A DNA stretch of 64,000 nt, from the NCBI GenBank assembly GCA_934148995.1, contig CAKPDM010000003.1:66148-130147 (forward strand). The letters run 5' to 3'. Shown one piece after another: positions 1 through 11,210 of this stretch. The position numbers and the translations under genes were made by a program. Within the stretch, counting starts at the first letter, position 1. Every line of letters begins with the position of its first letter. The notes beneath the pieces are model-generated. The model made no database searches. It saw nothing but the letters and a program-made list of their open reading frames with translations, and was not told the origin of the DNA. Source of the DNA: an uncultured Bacilli bacterium. GTDB taxonomy: Bacteria > Bacillota_I > Bacilli_A > RF39 > UBA660.

Positions 1-1
1 A

Positions 2-1267
2 GTCGGACAAACTTCAACTATTCAATATGATTTTTTAGGAAATAATTTAGAAAATATAAGCTTTTCCAGTCAAGATAACAACATCGCTACTGTTGATCAA
101 ACTGGTACTGTTACAGGTGTTTCACTTGGAACAACTGTTATCACTATGTATTATAATGGTGGAAGCTTGCAGTTTCATGTCACTGTTGATAATACTAACA
201 CAAATACTAGTACTGTGAAAAATGCGACAAAAATTCACTTTATATCCCTTAGAACTGCAAATAAAATTAAATTTAAAACTTGTGATGCAATATTATTAGA
301 AAGCAATGGTAAATATGCGTTGATAGACACGGGGTTTTATTCCACAAGAGCAAGCTTATATGACTATTTGATGAATTTTGCCACTGATGGAGTTTTAAAT
401 CTTGAATTTGTTTTAATTACACATAACCATATTGATCATATTGGTGGTCTGAGCTATCTATTAAAAAAAGACAACATTAAAATAAAAACGTTATATTTAA
501 ACAAATATTATAAAAATGATATAAGAGCTTCATTTTTGGGAAATACTAAAGAGGAAAACTATCAGATCTATAATAGTGAAAAAAATAGAAAATATGTTCT
601 TCAAAATCAAGCAAGATATAATAATGTGATAGCATTGATGAAAAAAAGACGTGAAAACGATAATACTAATTTCAAGGTTTACTATCTATCTGGATCTGAT
701 GATACTAGAAGAACTGACGGAGGACTAAAAAACCTTAGCTTTGGAAATTATAATATTAAACTTTATAATACAAAACAACAACTTAAAAGTAATAAAATGG
801 ATTACAAAGGCTTTAATAGTGGTAATTGCTTAAACGAATATTGTCGTAATGCCGATGGAAACGTAAATAGTGTAGTAGCGAAAGTAACAAGTAATGTCAA
901 TGGAATAAAACATACAACTTTACTAACTGGTGATTTGAATTACCCACTTCTTTTAGGAATAACTGAAGATGCCGGACAGGTTGATGTATTTAAAATGCCA
1001 CACCATGGAGTTTTTGATCAAGAAAATAGAAAAGGATTAACCCCATCAGTCATTGAGAACACCTTAGATAATGCCATAGGACGTAAGACAATAGTAGTAG
1101 TTACAACTCTTGAAAGTAAATTTACAAACAGAAATGTATATGGTATGACATATATAAGGGATACTCTAGGTAAACGCCTATATTATACTGGTGGAACAAA
1201 TGGATATGATGGAAGAACTATCGTCATTGATTATTCAAAGACAAATTTAAAGGTTAAATATAATTAA
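2..1267 (+). CDS. Big_2-like Ig domain / MBL-fold metallo-hydrolase protein, 5' end outside window
   Basis: The frame of the tracked ORF (146..1267) stays open back to the window edge and encodes NIATVDQTGTVTGVSLGTTVIT (Big_2-like). Downstream are the HxHxDH zinc motif THNHIDHIGG and MPHHG, typical of MBL/ComEC-C-terminal-type hydrolases. Confidence 0.6.
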   Translation, partial: VGQTSTIQYDFLGNNLENISFSSQDNNIATVDQTGTVTGVSLGTTVITMYYNGGSLQFHVTVDNTNTNTSTVKNATKIHFISLRTANKIKFKTCDAILLESNGKYALIDTGFYSTRASLYDYLMNFATDGVLNLEFVLITHNHIDHIGGLSYLLKKDNIKIKTLYLNKYYKNDIRASFLGNTKEENYQIYNSEKNRKYVLQNQARYNNVIALMKKRRENDNTNFKVYYLSGSDDTRRTDGGLKNLSFGNYNIKLYNTKQQLKSNKMDYKGFNSGNCLNEYCRNADGNVNSVVAKVTSNVNGIKHTTLLTGDLNYPLLLGITEDAGQVDVFKMPHHGVFDQENRKGLTPSVIENTLDNAIGRKTIVVVTTLESKFTNRNVYGMTYIRDTLGKRLYYTGGTNGYDGRTIVIDYSKTNLKVKYN

Positions 1268-1318
1268 TTATTTATTTTTCCACCTCTATCTGTTATATTA
1301 AACTTATTGGAGGAAGTT

Positions 1319-2437
1319 ATGAGATTAAAAGAAATTTGGAAAATGTTTAATTGTAGAGATTATAAAGATATAAATAAGGATAATTCAGCTGATTTTACAG
1401 AAGTAACTGAAAAAGAACCAGAAAATGTTACTAAGAAGGGTGACACTGACGATCAGTTTGCTACTGCATTACTTCGAAAATATCGCGAAAGAGAAATGCA
1501 GTGTAACATTCTTAACTTCAATGATAGAAGTAATTTAATCGATAAAATGGCAGTTATTTATGAAATTATTTATCCAGATGAAACTTTTTCGAATGACGAT
1601 GATCAATTTTCTTCTGATGAATATGTTAATCGTACTATGTTTAGAGAAAATTCGTATTTAAATAGTAAGATTGATGATTTTTCTGTTATTAGCTCCTTAA
1701 ACTGGAATGATTTTTTTAGCGTTGAACTAATGATTAAGTTGCTATCGCCAGAAGAAAGAGAATATTTAAAGAAACCAAGATATGATAACTATATTACATT
1801 AACCGATAGAAATTACTATGGTTACGTGGAGTTATCTAATAAAGGTACGATAACGAAGTCTAATATATGTTCTTCACTAATAAAATCAAAAGATTTATGT
1901 GGCCTTCAAATAGAAGAAGCAATAGAATTATTGAAAAATAAGAAAGTAGCACCTCAGACTTATTTTAAATTAGAAGAAGAGGTATTAAGAGTAAAAAAAC
2001 TAAATTCTGAAAGAGAATTATTACTTGATGGTGTTATGTTTAAAATTCTAGAGCGTGATTCTAGCTATATGGGAACAAGACGTGCTTTACTATTTGCCAA
2101 TGAGTTTAAAAGAGATTTAAATGTTCCACTTGTTCATAAAATATTTAAAACTAGTTATGACGAATCTTCTGAAGCATTTATAGAGAAATACATAGAATTT
2201 GGTGGTGATCCAGAATTAGTAAGAAAACTTATAACTTCACCTGAGTCTAACTATATTTATGACAAAGAAGAACTGGATGAAATACTTAAACCAAGAGAAG
2301 TAAAACAAAAAGAGCAAGAGTTACGCCAAAGACTGGTAACAAGTCTGTATGGAAGTATAAATCAAGAAGAATTAGCACAAGAAAAGGTAAAGCAATTAAG
2401 AATTGAAAGAAAACTAAATAAAAGTAAAAAGAACTAA
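1319..2437 (+). CDS. hypothetical protein
   Basis: Long ORF. GGAGG at 1309-1313 favours ATG 1319 over the tracked TTG 1307. I recognise no motif. Confidence 0.5.
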   Translation: MRLKEIWKMFNCRDYKDINKDNSADFTEVTEKEPENVTKKGDTDDQFATALLRKYREREMQCNILNFNDRSNLIDKMAVIYEIIYPDETFSNDDDQFSSDEYVNRTMFRENSYLNSKIDDFSVISSLNWNDFFSVELMIKLLSPEEREYLKKPRYDNYITLTDRNYYGYVELSNKGTITKSNICSSLIKSKDLCGLQIEEAIELLKNKKVAPQTYFKLEEEVLRVKKLNSERELLLDGVMFKILERDSSYMGTRRALLFANEFKRDLNVPLVHKIFKTSYDESSEAFIEKYIEFGGDPELVRKLITSPESNYIYDKEELDEILKPREVKQKEQELRQRLVTSLYGSINQEELAQEKVKQLRIERKLNKSKKN

Positions 2438-2579
2438 AATTGTTTATCAAATGAACAGTTTTTTCTTCTGTTTTTTTCTTCTGTTTAATATTTTCACTTC
2501 TGTGGTATAATAACTAATGAGATTTGTCTTTAAAAAAAGAAAGAGATATGTTATGATACAATAACTGAAAAGAGGTACT

Positions 2580-3992
2580 ATGAAAAAAATTACAAAAGTT
2601 AATTGGTGGCAGCAAAACAAAGGAAAAGTTTGTCTTGTATTTCTAATTATGCTAGTATTTATTTTACTTGTCTTTTTTCTACTGGTACCAAGAATTACTT
2701 TAAAAGGAAAATCAACTATTGTGGTAAATAGAAATGGTGAATATAAAGAACCGGGTTATAAAGCAAGCTACTTATTCGACAGCTTAACTGATAAAGTAAA
2801 AGTATCAGGAAACGTCGATAGTAAGAAAGATGGCATTTACTATATTACCTATAAAGTAAAAGGACCAATCATTACTATCAGCACCAAACGAAAAGTAGAA
2901 GTTAAAGATATAGAACCCCCTGTTTTAACATTAGACGGGGGAGAAGATGTTTTTATCTGTCCTAATAGTAAATATGAAGAACTAGGTTATAAAGCTAATG
3001 ATAATGTCGATGGTGATATAACTAAAAAAGTAAAAATATCACAGAAAGATAATATAATTACTTATGAAGTAAAAGATAAAGCTGGTAATGAAACTAAAAA
3101 GATGAGAAAAATCAGTCAAGGAGATAAAACACCTCCTGTTTTAACGCTTAATGGTGGAGATATTGTCTTCTCTTATCTTGGTGAGCCTTATGTTGAACCA
3201 GGTTATAAAGCAATTGATAACTGTGAGCAAGACATCACGCAAATGGTCATAACTAGTGGAAGTGTTGATCAAAACAATCCAAATGATCAAGTAATAACCT
3301 ATATGATAGAAGATAAATCTCATAATAAAGCGGAAGCTAAACGAACTGTCAAAATGGTTAGAAGAGATCATGCGGGAACAATTTACTTAACATTTGACGA
3401 TGGACCTAATGCTGGTACTACCAATGTCATCTTAGATATCCTAAAAGAAGAAAATGTTAAAGCTACTTTCTTTGTGACCGGAAAAGGACCAGATGAACTT
3501 ATCAAAAGAGAATATGACGAAGGACATACAGTTGCACTACATACTTTTTCTCATAGCTATCCAGTAGTTTACCAATCTGTAGATGCTTATTTTGATGATC
3601 TAGCTAAAGTTCATGACAGAGTAAAAAGAATAACTGGTTACGATAGTAGAATAATTAGATTCCCTGGTGGAAGTAGTAATACAGTTAGTCGTCATTATCA
3701 AGAAGGAATAATGTCCATCTTAACTAACCAAGTCCTTGAAAGAGGTTACTACTATTATGACTGGAATATTTCTAGTGGAGATGCTGGTGAATATAAAGAT
3801 TCAGAAAGTATTATTAAACAAGTAACAAGAAGCTTATCAAAAGATAGAACTAATATGGTTCTAATGCACGATATTAAACCTTATACAAGAGATGCTCTAA
3901 GAAGTATTATAAAATATGGCAAAGAACATGGTTATCATTTTGATAAAATAACCCCAGGAACCAAAATGGTACGACAAAGAGTTAACAATTAG
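2580..3992 (+). CDS. membrane-anchored polysaccharide (peptidoglycan GlcNAc-type) deacetylase with three Ig-like repeats
   Basis: N-terminal TM helix. Three repeats of the PPVLTL(D/N)GG...GYKA.D...DIT type. C-terminal NodB domain motifs: TFDDGP, HTFSH, LMHD. Confidence 0.8.
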   Translation: MKKITKVNWWQQNKGKVCLVFLIMLVFILLVFFLLVPRITLKGKSTIVVNRNGEYKEPGYKASYLFDSLTDKVKVSGNVDSKKDGIYYITYKVKGPIITISTKRKVEVKDIEPPVLTLDGGEDVFICPNSKYEELGYKANDNVDGDITKKVKISQKDNIITYEVKDKAGNETKKMRKISQGDKTPPVLTLNGGDIVFSYLGEPYVEPGYKAIDNCEQDITQMVITSGSVDQNNPNDQVITYMIEDKSHNKAEAKRTVKMVRRDHAGTIYLTFDDGPNAGTTNVILDILKEENVKATFFVTGKGPDELIKREYDEGHTVALHTFSHSYPVVYQSVDAYFDDLAKVHDRVKRITGYDSRIIRFPGGSSNTVSRHYQEGIMSILTNQVLERGYYYYDWNISSGDAGEYKDSESIIKQVTRSLSKDRTNMVLMHDIKPYTRDALRSIIKYGKEHGYHFDKITPGTKMVRQRVNN

Positions 3993-4002
3993 AGGAGGTA
4001 AC

Positions 4003-4527
4003 ATGTCTAACTATTATAGACCAAATATGTATCTAAAAGATATTTATCAAATACCTATTAAAGATTTGAAACAAAGAAAGATAAAAGCTTTAGTCTTTGA
4101 CCTTGATAATACTATTGTAAGAACAGATGAAAAAGTACCAAGTACTGAAGTAGTTAACTATTTTGCAACCTTAAAGAAAGACTTTGCACTCTTTATTCTT
4201 TCTAATAGTCCAAGTAAAAGAGTAAAACCATTCGGTGATAAATTAAAAGTTAAATACTATTCTTTATCCTTAAAACCAAGTACACGTAATATGAAAAAGC
4301 TTTTAAGAGAAAACAATCTAAAGAAAGACGAAGTCATCTTAATAGGAGATCAGTATATGACTGATATGTTACTAGCAAAAAAACTAAAACTTAACACTAT
4401 ATTAGTAGATCCAATATCTAATAATGAATTTAAAATAACTAGTATTAATAGATTTTTAGAGAAGAAAATTCTAAAGAAATTAAAAGAGGCAAAACTGTTA
4501 GAGAAAGGAAAATATTATTATGAATGA
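4003..4527 (+). CDS. yqeG: YqeG-family HAD-IIIA phosphatase
   Basis: DLDNT HAD motif I, SNS motif II and GDQYMTD motif. It lies directly upstream of and overlapping yqeH, as in Bacillus. Confidence 0.8.
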   Translation: MSNYYRPNMYLKDIYQIPIKDLKQRKIKALVFDLDNTIVRTDEKVPSTEVVNYFATLKKDFALFILSNSPSKRVKPFGDKLKVKYYSLSLKPSTRNMKKLLRENNLKKDEVILIGDQYMTDMLLAKKLKLNTILVDPISNNEFKITSINRFLEKKILKKLKEAKLLEKGKYYYE

Positions 4528-5524
4528 AGAAAAATGTTGTAAAGGATGTGGCATTAAGCTGCAAGATGAAAATGTTTTACAAGAAGGTTATACCGTTAGT
4601 TTAGAACAAGATTACTGTCAAAGATGTTTCAGAATAAAGAACTATGGTGATTATCAAGTAGTTACTAAAAGTAATGATGAATATATTGATATTTTAAAAC
4701 AAGTCGGTGAAACAAAAGACTTAGTTCTATATATAGCAGACTTACTAAACTTAGAAGAAAATTTTGAAGAAATCAGAAAATATATTCCTAATAAGATGAT
4801 TTTAGTTTTAAATAAAAAAGATGTTTTACCAAAGTCAGTTAAAGAAGAAAAGATAATTAATTACTTTGTTAATATGGAAATACCATTTGAAAAGGTAATT
4901 GTAATTAGTGTAGAGAAAAACAAGAACATTGACTATTTATTAAAACAAATTAAACTATATCAAACTAGTAAAGATGTATATGTAGTAGGTCATACTAATG
5001 CCGGAAAAAGTACTTTAATAAACAAACTTATTTCTAACTATTCTGATAATAATGAAGAATTAACAATCTCTCCTTTACCAGCTACTACTTTAAGTACAGT
5101 TAAGATTGAACTTAATGATTATTTAACTTTAATAGATACTCCTGGTTTAGTTGATAATGGCAGTATCGTTAATGTTGTTGATAAAACAGTCCTTAAGAAA
5201 ATAAGTCCACGTAAAGAAATTAAACCAAAGACTTATCAAATCAAAAAAGGACAAAGTATCTTAGTAGATGACTTACTTCGTATTGATTATGTTGAAGGTG
5301 AGAAGAATAGCTTTACTTTCTATATGTCAAATGATTTAAAAATAAGAAAAATAGCAAGCCGGAGAATGGACTTGAAAGAAATGGGAAAAACAACACATCA
5401 GATGAAATTTGATGAAGACTTATGTATCAATGGTTTAGGTTTTATCAAAATGGTTAATCAAGGAACAGTAGATATTTATACTTACCCAAATGTTACAAGT
5501 TATACTAGAAAAAATTTGATATAA
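4520..5524 (+). CDS. yqeH: ribosome biogenesis GTPase YqeH
   Basis: N-terminal zinc ribbon (CKGCG...CQRCF). Circularly permuted GTPase order: NKKD (G4) comes before GHTNAGKST (G1) and DTPG (G3). Confidence 0.85.
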   Translation: MNEEKCCKGCGIKLQDENVLQEGYTVSLEQDYCQRCFRIKNYGDYQVVTKSNDEYIDILKQVGETKDLVLYIADLLNLEENFEEIRKYIPNKMILVLNKKDVLPKSVKEEKIINYFVNMEIPFEKVIVISVEKNKNIDYLLKQIKLYQTSKDVYVVGHTNAGKSTLINKLISNYSDNNEELTISPLPATTLSTVKIELNDYLTLIDTPGLVDNGSIVNVVDKTVLKKISPRKEIKPKTYQIKKGQSILVDDLLRIDYVEGEKNSFTFYMSNDLKIRKIASRRMDLKEMGKTTHQMKFDEDLCINGLGFIKMVNQGTVDIYTYPNVTSYTRKNLI

Positions 5525-5540
5525 GAGGAAGGTGAAAATA

Positions 5541-7280
5541 ATGAATCAACAAGATATCATAAGAGAAATTAGACAAAAAAATGATATAGTTGATATCATT
5601 AGTGAAAAAATTCCTCTTGTTGCTCGTGGTAAAAATTACTTTGGTGTCTGTCCGTTCCACGATGATACTAATCCTTCAATGAGTGTTTCTAGAGAAAAAC
5701 AAATTTATACTTGCTTTTCTTGTCATGCTACAGGTAATGTTTTTAACTTTCTAATGGATTATGAACATAAAGAATTTAGAGAAGTCTTAAAAGAATTAGC
5801 TGATAGAGTAGGAATACCACTTGCAGGTTATCACGAGACAAAAAAAACAACTAAGTACGATGCTTGGTATGATATTTATAATCTAGCATTAAAATATTAC
5901 CAAAACAACTTGATGAGTGGTATGGGAAAAGATGCTAGAAATTATTTGGAAAATAGAAGCATCGATGAAGAAATTATTAAAAAATTTGAACTGGGTTGGT
6001 CCCTAGATGATAATAACTTAACTAATCTTTTAATAAAGAAAGGTTATACAATAGATTTACTTAATCAAGTCGGACTAAGTACTGGTAATAATGATTTATA
6101 TCGAAATAGATTAATGTTTCCTTTGCACGATTTGAATGGTCGTGTAATAGGTTTTAGTGGACGAATTATTACTAATAGCAAACAAAATAAATATTTAAAC
6201 ACCAAAGAAACCGAATTATTTAAAAAAGGAAAACTACTTTATCATTATCATATTGCTAAAGAAGCAGTCAGAATTAGTAAAAATGTTATTATTATGGAAG
6301 GATTTATGGATATAATAAGAGCTAGTATCTATGGCTTTGATAATACAATTGCAACTATGGGAACTGCTCTTACTAAAGACCATATCAGTAATATCAAAAG
6401 ATTATCTCCTAATATAATTCTTTGCTTTGATGGAGATGAAGCTGGTCAAAAAGCGACCATGGCCGCTGGTAACTTATTTGGAGAAGCCGGTATCGAAGTT
6501 AAAGTAATAGAACTTCCCATTGAAGATGATCCTGATAGCTTTTTACTTTCTAGAGGAAAAGACGCTTTTACTAGCTTAATTAACAGTGCAATCTTCTTTA
6601 AAGACTATAAGATAAAACGGTTAAAAAATAAAGTAAACTTTGCTAGCAGTGAAGAAAAAGCTGATTATATTCATAAAGTCTTAGAAGAAACAAAAGAGAT
6701 AGATGACCCGATAAGAATAGAAATAATATTAAAAGACCTTGCAAAAAACTTTGAAATAGGTTATAATACCTTGGAAAAAAGTTTTCAAGAATTAAAAGAT
6801 CAAAAAGAAATAACAACTTTTAAAATTGTGGAAACAAAAGCACCCACTGAAAGATTAGATAAGTATCAAAAAGCTAGCTATGCACTCCTTTCTTATATGC
6901 TTGATTTACCTTGGGTTATAGATGATGTTGAAGAAGCGCATCTTGTTTTTCCAAATAGTAAATTGCGCTTATTAGAAAATGAAATAGTAGCTTATTATAG
7001 AACAAATGGCTTTATAAACTGGGCAGACTTTTACACTTATCTTGGAACAAATGAAGAATTATTGAAACTCTTATCAGAAATCGATTCATATCCATTGAAG
7101 AAGGAAGTAAGCAAGGAAGAAATTTCTAGTTATGAAAGTGTTATTCTAGATTATAGTAGAAAACAACAAATCAAAAGATTAAATAAGAAATTACTTGATA
7201 CAACTGATCCACTGGAACAAGCAAGAATAGCTGAAGAGATAAGAAAATTGAGAATTGGGGAGAAGCAAAATGGTAAATGA
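5541..7280 (+). CDS. dnaG: DNA primase
   Basis: Zinc finger [13 protein letters not shown]...CFSCH and TOPRIM motifs EGFMD and DGDEAGQKA. The GAGGAAGG SD favours ATG 5541 over the tracked GTG 5532. Confidence 0.95.
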   Translation: MNQQDIIREIRQKNDIVDIISEKIPLVARGKNYFGVCPFHDDTNPSMSVSREKQIYTCFSCHATGNVFNFLMDYEHKEFREVLKELADRVGIPLAGYHETKKTTKYDAWYDIYNLALKYYQNNLMSGMGKDARNYLENRSIDEEIIKKFELGWSLDDNNLTNLLIKKGYTIDLLNQVGLSTGNNDLYRNRLMFPLHDLNGRVIGFSGRIITNSKQNKYLNTKETELFKKGKLLYHYHIAKEAVRISKNVIIMEGFMDIIRASIYGFDNTIATMGTALTKDHISNIKRLSPNIILCFDGDEAGQKATMAAGNLFGEAGIEVKVIELPIEDDPDSFLLSRGKDAFTSLINSAIFFKDYKIKRLKNKVNFASSEEKADYIHKVLEETKEIDDPIRIEIILKDLAKNFEIGYNTLEKSFQELKDQKEITTFKIVETKAPTERLDKYQKASYALLSYMLDLPWVIDDVEEAHLVFPNSKLRLLENEIVAYYRTNGFINWADFYTYLGTNEELLKLLSEIDSYPLKKEVSKEEISSYESVILDYSRKQQIKRLNKKLLDTTDPLEQARIAEEIRKLRIGEKQNGK

Positions 7281-8364
7281 AATTAAAACTATTGAACAAA
7301 GAAAAGAAAATCTAATCAAAAAAGGTAGTGAAAATGGTTACATTACTTATGAAGAAATGGCCAATGAACTAAAGGGTTTAGAACTAGATAGTGATAGCCT
7401 TGATGATTTATATAATAGTTTAGTAGATGCAGGTATTGAGATAGTTAGTGAAGATGCTAATGATGAAGAAGCTAGTGGCGAAGAAATAACTGATAATACT
7501 TTAGTTGAAAATATTACTCTTTCTAAGGACATTAAGATTAATGACCCAGTTAGAATGTATTTAAAAGAAATTGGTCGTATTCCATTGCTTACTTCTGATG
7601 AAGAATTTGAATATGCAAGACGTGCTGTAGATGGTGATGAAGAAGCTAAAAGAATCTTAGCTGAATCTAACCTACGTCTTGTTGTATCAATTGCTAAACG
7701 TTATGTCGGAAGAGGAATGCTTTTCCTTGATCTTATTCAAGAAGGAAATATTGGTCTTATGAAAGCTGTTGATAAATTTGATCCAGAGAAAGGATATAAA
7801 TTTTCAACTTATGCTACTTGGTGGATTAGACAAGCTATTACTAGAGCTTTAGCTGATCAAGCAAGAACTATTCGTGTTCCTGTTCATATGGTTGAAACTA
7901 TTAATAAGTTAGCACGTGTTCAACGTCAATTAACACAAGACTTAAATAGAGAACCAACTGATGAAGAAATTGCCAAAAAATTAGGAATCTCTGTTGATAA
8001 AGTAAGAGAAGTTTATAAGATAAGTCAAGATCCTGTCTCACTTGAAACACCAATCGGTGAAGAAGATGATTCACATTTGGGTGATTTTATAAGAGATGAA
8101 CGTACTGTTAGTCCTGAAGAATATGCAACAGAAGAATTATTAAAAGAAGAACTAGCAGGTGTTTTACTTACTTTAACTGATCGTGAAGAAAAAGTATTAA
8201 GACTTCGTTTTGGTCTAGATGATGGACAATGTAGAACTCTAGAAGAAGTAGGGCAAATCTTTGGCGTTACTAGAGAAAGAATTAGACAAATAGAAGCCAA
8301 AGCTTTAAGAAAACTAAGACACCCATCTCGCTCTAGAAAATTAAAGGACTTTTTAACTGACTAA
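7270..8364 (+). CDS. sigA: primary RNA polymerase sigma factor SigA/RpoD
   Basis: Canonical regions 1.2-4.2: [72 protein letters not shown] 7270 follows GGGGAG. Classical dnaG-sigA order. Confidence 0.95.
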   Translation: MVNEIKTIEQRKENLIKKGSENGYITYEEMANELKGLELDSDSLDDLYNSLVDAGIEIVSEDANDEEASGEEITDNTLVENITLSKDIKINDPVRMYLKEIGRIPLLTSDEEFEYARRAVDGDEEAKRILAESNLRLVVSIAKRYVGRGMLFLDLIQEGNIGLMKAVDKFDPEKGYKFSTYATWWIRQAITRALADQARTIRVPVHMVETINKLARVQRQLTQDLNREPTDEEIAKKLGISVDKVREVYKISQDPVSLETPIGEEDDSHLGDFIRDERTVSPEEYATEELLKEELAGVLLTLTDREEKVLRLRFGLDDGQCRTLEEVGQIFGVTRERIRQIEAKALRKLRHPSRSRKLKDFLTD

Positions 8365-9020
8365 TGAAGATAAATAAACGTTTAAAACAAGTTGGTGATT
8401 ATATTAGTGAGGAAAGTATTCCACTTGATGTTGGATGTGATCACGCCAAGTTATCCATCTATTTGTTAAAAGAGCGAAACTTTCCTTTTGTTTATGCTTC
8501 TGATAATAAGGAAGGACCTTTAAATCAAGCTAAAGAAAACATATCATTTTATAATCTTGTGGATAGAATAAAACTATCAAAGAAAGATGGCTTAGCTTCT
8601 CTTGAAGAAAATATTGATACTATCACTATTACCGGAATGGGTGGACTTACTATTTGTAAGATATTTAAAGAAAATGAAAAAAGTCTTGCAAATATTAAAA
8701 GCATTATTTTATCACCTAATAACTTTGTTAAAGAAGTTAGAGAAACTATTTGTTCTTTAGGGTATTACATTAAAGAGGAAACATTAGTAGTAGAAAACGC
8801 TAAGACTTATCATATACTAGTATTTGCTAAAGGAAAAAAAGATTATTCTTTAAAAGAATTATCTCTTGGTCCGATACTTATGTTGAAAAAAGATAAACTA
8901 GTAAAAGATTATTATCATAATAAATTAAGAGAAGTAAATAATGTACTTCAAAAAAAGATAACGGAAGAAAAACGTGAAGAATTAGAATTACTAAAGAAAT
9001 ATTTAGAAGAAACTTGCTAA
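8364..9020 (+). CDS. trmK: tRNA (adenine22-N1)-methyltransferase TrmK (YqfN-like)
   Basis: N-terminus [10 protein letters not shown]...[13 protein letters not shown] and GMGG motif. Its position downstream of sigA matches Bacillus yqfN. Confidence 0.75.
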   Translation: MKINKRLKQVGDYISEESIPLDVGCDHAKLSIYLLKERNFPFVYASDNKEGPLNQAKENISFYNLVDRIKLSKKDGLASLEENIDTITITGMGGLTICKIFKENEKSLANIKSIILSPNNFVKEVRETICSLGYYIKEETLVVENAKTYHILVFAKGKKDYSLKELSLGPILMLKKDKLVKDYYHNKLREVNNVLQKKITEEKREELELLKKYLEETC

Positions 9021-9067
9021 ATATTCTTTTTTTTAGTATAATATGTGATATTTGTGGGGGATTAGGT

Positions 9068-11125
9068 ATGATATTAAATTATAATGATATAAGAAAAATG
9101 TCTTTTGACAATTTTTATAAAAAATTAGAGAACAATATACAAGAAACTGTAAGTAAATACTCTTATGTTATGGAAGAGCCAAAAAAGCTAAATGAGGTAA
9201 TAAGAACTATCTTAAAAGAACAATATAGCAAAATACTTGCTAGTAGTTCACATAGAGATTTTGATTCTTCGCAATACTTGAGGACTACAATGAACGGGTA
9301 TATAAGACATGTCTTGGAAAAAAGTGATAATGATTCATTAGAATTATTTAATAGATATGTAAGTAATAAAATTGAGATATGTGAAAGAAATAGCAAAAAT
9401 CTTAAACAATTAGAAAAAATAGTTAAATTTTTTGAACGCGTTGATTATGAACCATCGGTAGATGATTATATTGAGTTGATAAAAAACAATAATACATTTA
9501 ACCAAATTATTAAAAGAGTAGTCTCTAAAAATAAAACGTTATTAAGAGTAGAAGGAGCAGAATATTTATCATCAAACTTAGGGGTTGTATCAATAATAGA
9601 GGCATACGCAGTTTGTAATAATATTGATCTAGCGGTTAACAACGAAAAAGATGAAAAATCGTTAAAAATATCAGATAATGTGTATGTAAATGATGACTTA
9701 AGGCTATATTTGAATTCTATAAGTCATTCTGTTTTGACAAGAAAAGAAGAACATGAGTTATTTGAGAGATTAAAATATAATCATGACGAAATGGCTAGAA
9801 AGGAATTAATAGAGAAAAATTTAAGACTGTCAGTGTCAATAGCTAAAAAGCGTCTAGGAAGGGGTGTCCAATTTCTTGATCTGATTCAAGAAGGAAATCT
9901 AGGAATAATAAAAGCTATTGAAAAATTTGATCCAGATAGAGGATATAAATTCTCAACTTATGCTACTTGGTGGATTAAACAATATATAGATAGGTATATT
10001 ATGAATGAAACAGGAACATGTACTACTCCAGTTCATATGCAAGAAAGAATTAATAAATATAACCGAGTTAAAGATGAATTAACAAATAAATTAATGAGAA
10101 CCCCAAGTGATTCTGAAATAGCAAGCCAAATGAGATTATCTGTTGATAAGGTTTCCTATATTTCTTTATTAAATATGAAAGCAGTTAGTATCAATTCGCC
10201 AGTTGCCGAAGATACTAAGGAATCCTGTGAGATTGGAGATCTTATTGCTTCAAATGACGAGCTTACTGAAGCTGTTATAGAAAAAAAGAATTTAGCACAG
10301 CTAATGGAAGAAGTTTTAACAAACTGTATTACTGATGAAAAAAATATAGAAATTATAAAATTAAGAAATGGTTATTATGATAGAAGATATACTCTTGATG
10401 AAATTGCCAAAATGTTTGGAATTTCAAGAGAAAGAGTTAGACAAAGAGAAAAGGAATCATATCTAAAGATATTGAGTTCCACAAAGGATAGAAAGTCAAT
10501 AATTAATTATTTGGATAATCCAGAACAGGCGGAAATAAATGCTCAAAATCTATTAAAAAAATATCGATTAAGGGAGCCAAAAACCCAAACTAAGACTAAC
10601 AGAAATAAGCCAAAATCAGCTGATAACTTATACACTTATTTTGATGAATATCCAAAAGAAACATTAGAGGAAATACTGTCTAATTTGCCAGAAAAGTATT
10701 TAGATCTTCTTCACAAAAGATATGGAATGGATTTAGAGCATCCAACAAATAACTCTACACTTACATATGAAGAAAAACAACCAATATATGGAACGATTAT
10801 TCCGTATATCAAAAGAAGATTGATAGCAAAGAGTGAAACATTTGAAGTTACTTCATATAAGAAAAAAGAAATAGGAGTCTATTATTCTGATATTTCCTCT
10901 GCTGATAAGTATTCAGAAATGAAAGAAATGTTAATTAATAATATATGCAATTATTCTAATAATAAATTAAATAGTGTGTTGTTTGCCTTTTTAGATGCTA
11001 ATGGAATAGATGATGTTACTATTAATGACGAAAGAAGAAAGCTAATAGCAAAGCGACAGGCAAATAAAAAAAATTATCCTGAAAATAAAGAAGCTAAGGT
11101 TCTAGTAAAAAATAACAAAAATTAG
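9068..11125 (+). CDS. atypical sigma-70 family protein (SigA paralog) with long N- and C-terminal extensions
   Basis: Region 2 ([55 protein letters not shown]) and region 4.2 ([18 protein letters not shown]) align to the SigA upstream. About 210 aa precede region 1.2 and about 215 aa follow region 4. ATG 9068 follows GGGGGA. Confidence 0.8.
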   Translation: MILNYNDIRKMSFDNFYKKLENNIQETVSKYSYVMEEPKKLNEVIRTILKEQYSKILASSSHRDFDSSQYLRTTMNGYIRHVLEKSDNDSLELFNRYVSNKIEICERNSKNLKQLEKIVKFFERVDYEPSVDDYIELIKNNNTFNQIIKRVVSKNKTLLRVEGAEYLSSNLGVVSIIEAYAVCNNIDLAVNNEKDEKSLKISDNVYVNDDLRLYLNSISHSVLTRKEEHELFERLKYNHDEMARKELIEKNLRLSVSIAKKRLGRGVQFLDLIQEGNLGIIKAIEKFDPDRGYKFSTYATWWIKQYIDRYIMNETGTCTTPVHMQERINKYNRVKDELTNKLMRTPSDSEIASQMRLSVDKVSYISLLNMKAVSINSPVAEDTKESCEIGDLIASNDELTEAVIEKKNLAQLMEEVLTNCITDEKNIEIIKLRNGYYDRRYTLDEIAKMFGISRERVRQREKESYLKILSSTKDRKSIINYLDNPEQAEINAQNLLKKYRLREPKTQTKTNRNKPKSADNLYTYFDEYPKETLEEILSNLPEKYLDLLHKRYGMDLEHPTNNSTLTYEEKQPIYGTIIPYIKRRLIAKSETFEVTSYKKKEIGVYYSDISSADKYSEMKEMLINNICNYSNNKLNSVLFAFLDANGIDDVTINDERRKLIAKRQANKKNYPENKEAKVLVKNNKN

Positions 11126-11146
11126 AGCAATTTACTTCTTTTTTTC

Positions 11147-11174
11147 TTGACTTAAATTTTAATTATGATATTAT
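11147..11174 (+). promoter_or_regulatory. putative sigma-A promoter of the fur-family/rubrerythrin operon
   Basis: TTGACT at 11147-11152, and about 16 nt downstream an extended -10-like TGaTATTAT. Confidence 0.4.
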
Positions 11175-11179
11175 ATTAA

Positions 11180-11196
11180 TTGATAATAATTATCAA
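11180..11196. promoter_or_regulatory. Fur-box-type operator (perfect 8-1-8 palindrome)
   Basis: TTGATAAT-A-ATTATCAA contains the 7-1-7 TGATAATnATTATCA consensus. It sits between the putative -10 and the start codon at 11211. Confidence 0.7.
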
Positions 11197-11210
11197 TAAG
11201 GACTGATTTT

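Noticed and set aside
3141-3371. Antisense or out-of-frame ORFs in the six-frame track. Examples: 3141-3371, 7347-7532, 8025-8300, 9163-9396, 14665-14853, 14953-15282, 17670-17867, 18686-18868, 18928-19131, 19820-20002, 21154-21429, 22385-22660, 24609-24797, 28991-29263, 30115-30318, 32067-32252, 34223-34408, 38722-38970, 41777-41977, 45882-46112, 47518-47799, 49970-50209, 50561-50973, 55826-56119, 56354-56542, 57138-57374, 57715-57978, 58682-58912, 61497-61736, 63734-63949.
   Set aside because: Each lies entirely within, or largely overlaps, a much longer ORF with clear homology-type motifs. Their translations are low-complexity (S/L/F/I-rich), as expected from shadow frames of AT-rich coding DNA. 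None has a convincing SD.
9014-9067. The upstream extension of the large sigma ORF (tracked start 9014), and similar 5' extensions of other tracked ORFs (5532, 7255, 16862, 19987, 26364, 32075, 43311, 45433, 48062, 49859, 53469, 59299, 60036, 61924).
   Set aside because: The extensions begin at non-ATG codons without an SD and often overlap the upstream gene. In each case an internal ATG/GTG/TTG with a well-spaced GGAGG-like SD gives an N-terminus matching the family.
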